IMG/VR virus record: IMGVR_UViG_3300021966_000146
Coordinates: 1 to 13,757 of that record
From: a virus
Length of the DNA stretch: 13,757 nt
Reading direction: 5' to 3' (one strand)
Shown here: positions 13,347 to 13,757 of the stretch, one piece after another
Layout: each line of letters starts with the position of its first letter
How positions within the stretch are numbered: the stretch's first letter is position 1
Made by a program: the position numbers and the translations under genes
Notes under the pieces: model-generated
Told to the model about the DNA's origin: nothing
Database searches by the model: none
The model's input: the letters and a program-made list of their open reading frames with translations, nothing else

Positions 13347-13535
13347 CTATTTAACCTCTCTTTCATAGCAAATGAATTGATGATTATTCCTATCGAACCA
13401 ACGAATACTGTCTACGCACCAAATAGGCACTCTCATAATAGCATCATCACCATTACAATAATATCTGTACTTTCTTGTGTCAACAATTCTTTCTTTTTTA
13501 ACTCTCTTTAAAAATTCAATATTAGGTTTTCTCAT
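13347..13535 (-). CDS. Hypothetical right-end early protein, 62 aa
   Basis: ATG at 13535 uses the ITR-encoded RBS (mirror of 209-214). The first two codons (ATG AGA) are shared with the left-end gene and the sequences then diverge. The protein is basic with scattered Cys/His (C27, C40, H53, C57). No family recognised. Confidence 0.7.
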   Translation of the reverse strand: MRKPNIEFLKRVKKERIVDTRKYRYYCNGDDAIMRVPIWCVDSIRWFDRNNHQFICYEREVK

Positions 13536-13538
13536 TTT

Positions 13539-13757
13539 AATTACCTCTCTTTCATTTGATAAGTCTATTATAGCATACCCACTATAAAAAGCAATAGATT
13601 TTTTCAAATTTATAAAAGTCGTAATATTCAGACAATTCTACGTTATTGTACTCCAATGCACTTGTATCACTTTAAAGTATTAAAGTGTGCTTTATTATTT
13701 TAGCGCGTTAAAGCGTTAATGCGTTAATAGGGGAATACGTTAATGCGGAATAGTGAG
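13539..13757. repeat. Right inverted terminal repeat, 219 bp
   Basis: Exact reverse complement of 1..219. The window ends exactly at its last base. Confidence 0.97.
13567..13594 (-). promoter_or_regulatory. Identical ITR promoter in the right ITR, firing inward (leftward)
   Basis: Mirror copy of 164..191 (coordinate p maps to 13758-p). It would drive the three minus-strand genes 13535..13021. Confidence 0.7.

Noticed and set aside
13025-13511. Plus-strand ORFs 13025..13228 and 13281..13511 in the right arm.
   Set aside because: They lie downstream of the bidirectional terminator with no promoter or RBS. They are antisense to minus-strand genes that each have strong SDs and an ITR promoter.
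13536-13607. The mirror-image TTG-initiated extension of the right-end ORF (track ORF 13347..13607).
   Set aside because: Same reasoning as for 151..222. It is ITR promoter and leader sequence, and ATG 13535 with the ITR RBS is the plausible start.
1-13757. Interpreting the ITR-bounded element as a transposon/IS, a casposon/polinton-like element or a linear plasmid.
   Set aside because: No transposase, Cas1 or integrase is present. The element encodes a full phi29-type virion and packaging set (portal, MCP, tail knob, gp16-like ATPase) plus a lysis cassette, so a phage genome is the simplest reading.

Overview
The window appears to be a complete linear genome (13,757 bp, AT-rich) of a very small phi29/Cp-1-like, protein-primed podophage, probably infecting a low-GC Gram-positive host. 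It starts and ends exactly on a perfect 219-bp inverted terminal repeat (ITR; 1..219 is the reverse complement of 13539..13757). About 95% of the coding sequence is on the + strand. The + strand order is: two small orphan early genes, a terminal-protein candidate, a protein-primed family B DNA polymerase, an SSB-like protein, a phi29 gp16-like packaging ATPase, a 133-bp structured non-coding gap, a BhlA/UviB-like holin, a GH25 endolysin, a 103-aa orphan, a two-domain tail-associated peptidoglycan hydrolase, a scaffold candidate, the major capsid protein, a gp9-like tail knob, a gp10-like portal, a lower-collar candidate and a tail appendage/receptor-binding protein. A bidirectional terminator separates these from three small leftward genes driven from the right ITR. 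I saw no integrase, repressor, tRNA or CRISPR array. Points worth following up: (1) each ITR carries a full promoter, 5'UTR and RBS, and the identity ends at the start codon of two unrelated genes; (2) TTAACG iterons with 8-bp spacing and a hairpin lie near each terminus; (3) a small three-way-junction RNA candidate sits immediately after the packaging ATPase gene and may be a pRNA analogue; (4) a GGAGG-hairpin-9 nt-ATG arrangement recurs in front of two genes; (5) a small p16.7-like membrane protein is encoded in the right early operon. All functional calls come from motif recognition by eye and from remembered phi29 protein sequences. No database search was run.
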